From a virus (taxonomy: Duplodnaviria > Heunggongvirae > Uroviricota > Caudoviricetes), in IMG/VR virus record IMGVR_UViG_3300008107_000053: a DNA stretch of 64,000 nt; one strand, written 5' to 3'. Below are positions 62,781 through 64,000 of this stretch, in pieces. The notes under the pieces are model-generated. The model was not told the origin of the DNA and did no database searches. It worked only from the letters and a program-made list of their open reading frames with translations. Position numbers and translations under genes: made by a program. Position 1 is the stretch's first letter. Each line of letters begins with the position of its first letter.

Positions 62781-64000
62781 ATATCAATGCATTCCTCGAG
62801 AGCCTAGCTGCCAACGCATCGCGCAATTTCAAAATCGAACAGCTGCAGACCCACAGCGATAATGTTACGCTGCGAGAAGTTATTCGGCTGGCTCTCGATC
62901 CTTTCACTCAGTTCTATCAGCGTAAGATTCCAAAGTATACTCCAGCAAAAGCTAACCAAGCTGATTCTCTTAGTGCTGTTATGTCTAGTCTGGCAATGTT
63001 GTCTACACGAGAGGTAACTGGCAATGCTGCTATCGAATATCTAACTAAACTGTTTAGCTCACTCACTGAGGATGATGCTAAGGTTCTCGAACGTATCATT
63101 CAAAAGGATCTCAAATGTGGAGTGCAAGTCTCAACCGCAAACGCAGTGTGGACTGGTTTGGTGCACGAATATCCAGTCATGTTGTGCAGCCCATTCGAAG
63201 AGAAACTGGTAAACAAAATCAAGTTCCCAGCTTACGTTCAACTAAAGATGGACGGTATGCGATTCAATGCGATCGTAAAAGATGGTAAGTGCGAGTTCCG
63301 TAGCCGTAACGGTAAAGAGATTCAGCTGCTTGGAAATCTCGAGCAAGAGTTTATTGCACTTGCCGATGGTAAGAACGTAGTGTTTGACGGAGAGTTGCTA
63401 GTCAATGACAAGGGTATTGTTCTTGATCGTCAAACAGGTAATGGTATCCTAAACAAAGCCAACAAGGGTACAATCTCTGACTTAGATGCACGCAAAGTGC
63501 ATGCCACTATCTGGGACATTATCCCATACGATGAGTTTACTGCAGGCAAAGGTAAGTATGATTATCATACTCGCTTTTCTGTTCTCCAGTCTTTGAGTCT
63601 GCCAAAGAAGATTCATCTTGTAGAAAGTACAGTTGTTGCTGACTTGGAACATGCTCAGACTATCTTTGAAAAGTATCTTGCTGAAGGTCAAGAAGGTATC
63701 ATCCTTAAAGACATGAATGGTATTTGGGAAGACAAACGTAGCAAAGGTCAAATCAAATTCAAAGGCGAGTTGGAATGCGATCTGCGTATCGTTGGAGTGC
63801 AAATGGGCACTGGCAAGTATGATGGCATGCTTGGTGCAATTCTTTGTGAATCTGCAGATGGCGTGATTAAGGTTAGTGTTGGCTCTGGATTCTCCGACGA
63901 ACAACGCAAGGAATTGATCAAGCAAAAATTACTTGACAAAATTGCTGCTATCAAGTATAATATGAGAATAAAGAACAAAGCTGGAGAAGAATCTTTGTTC
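62777..64000 (+). CDS. gp30: ATP-dependent DNA ligase (gp30-like), 3'-truncated by window end
   Basis: Open frame from the ATG at 62777 (ATGA overlap) to the window end. Adenylation motif 'KMDGMR' (KxDG). Further nucleotidyltransferase blocks 'DGELL', 'EGIILK'. Confidence 0.8.
   Translation, partial: MNINAFLESLAANASRNFKIEQLQTHSDNVTLREVIRLALDPFTQFYQRKIPKYTPAKANQADSLSAVMSSLAMLSTREVTGNAAIEYLTKLFSSLTEDDAKVLERIIQKDLKCGVQVSTANAVWTGLVHEYPVMLCSPFEEKLVNKIKFPAYVQLKMDGMRFNAIVKDGKCEFRSRNGKEIQLLGNLEQEFIALADGKNVVFDGELLVNDKGIVLDRQTGNGILNKANKGTISDLDARKVHATIWDIIPYDEFTAGKGKYDYHTRFSVLQSLSLPKKIHLVESTVVADLEHAQTIFEKYLAEGQEGIILKDMNGIWEDKRSKGQIKFKGELECDLRIVGVQMGTGKYDGMLGAILCESADGVIKVSVGSGFSDEQRKELIKQKLLDKIAAIKYNMRIKNKAGEESLF

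Noticed and set aside
1-64000. Diversity-generating retroelement targeting the fibre genes
   Set aside because: No reverse transcriptase ORF and no template/variable repeat pair with adenine-specific differences detectable. The fibre repeats are protein-level modules.

Overview
The window is a contiguous segment of a T4-like (Tevenvirinae/Straboviridae-type) myovirus genome. It looks AT-rich on reading; I did not compute GC. Every gene is on the + strand except one antisense GIY-YIG homing endonuclease. Assignments rest on my recall of T4 protein sequences and motifs, not on a database search.

Gene order runs as follows. First comes a fibre/baseplate-distal block of about 29 kb. It holds four giant repeat-rich structural ORFs (1202, 2601, 1111 and 2083 aa), tail-fibre-like proteins, and a Gly-rich/PA14-like putative adhesin. 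Next come the neck genes gp13, gp14 and gp15, then the large terminase gp17 immediately after gp15, with no gp16 between them. These are followed by sheath gp18, tube gp19, portal gp20, small head-core-like ORFs, prohead protease gp21, scaffold gp22, major capsid gp23, a gp3-like tail-tube paralog, UvsY, UvsW, late sigma gp55, an unexpected AAA+ ATPase, and gp47/gp46 (Mre11/Rad50-like).

A hyperplastic insertion of about 6.4 kb sits between gp46 and gp45. It is built from repeated hairpin-plus-early-promoter cassettes. Its cargo is a vWA (CobT-like, with an HExxH motif) protein and a MoxR/CobS-like AAA pair plus several small novel genes. Among these are an acidic 62-aa protein, a K/A-rich histone-H1-like protein, a wHTH protein, a small TM protein, and an SPFH lipoprotein.

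The window then continues with sliding clamp gp45, clamp loader gp44, an inserted small membrane protein, gp62, RegA, the antisense GIY-YIG homing endonuclease where gp43 would be expected, an IbpA-type Hsp20, more early-cassette small genes, and the 5' part of an ATP-dependent DNA ligase.

Three kinds of regulatory signal are visible. T4-late-like (T)ATAAATA motifs sit upstream of the structural genes. Sigma70-like early promoters with an unusually conserved spacer recur in the early region. Intrinsic terminators are present, including recurring CCCTAC...GTAGGG and GGGATCTTCGGATCCC hairpins.

The most novel material is the gp46-gp45 insertion, the duplicated promoter-leader cassettes, and the domain-shuffled giant structural proteins.
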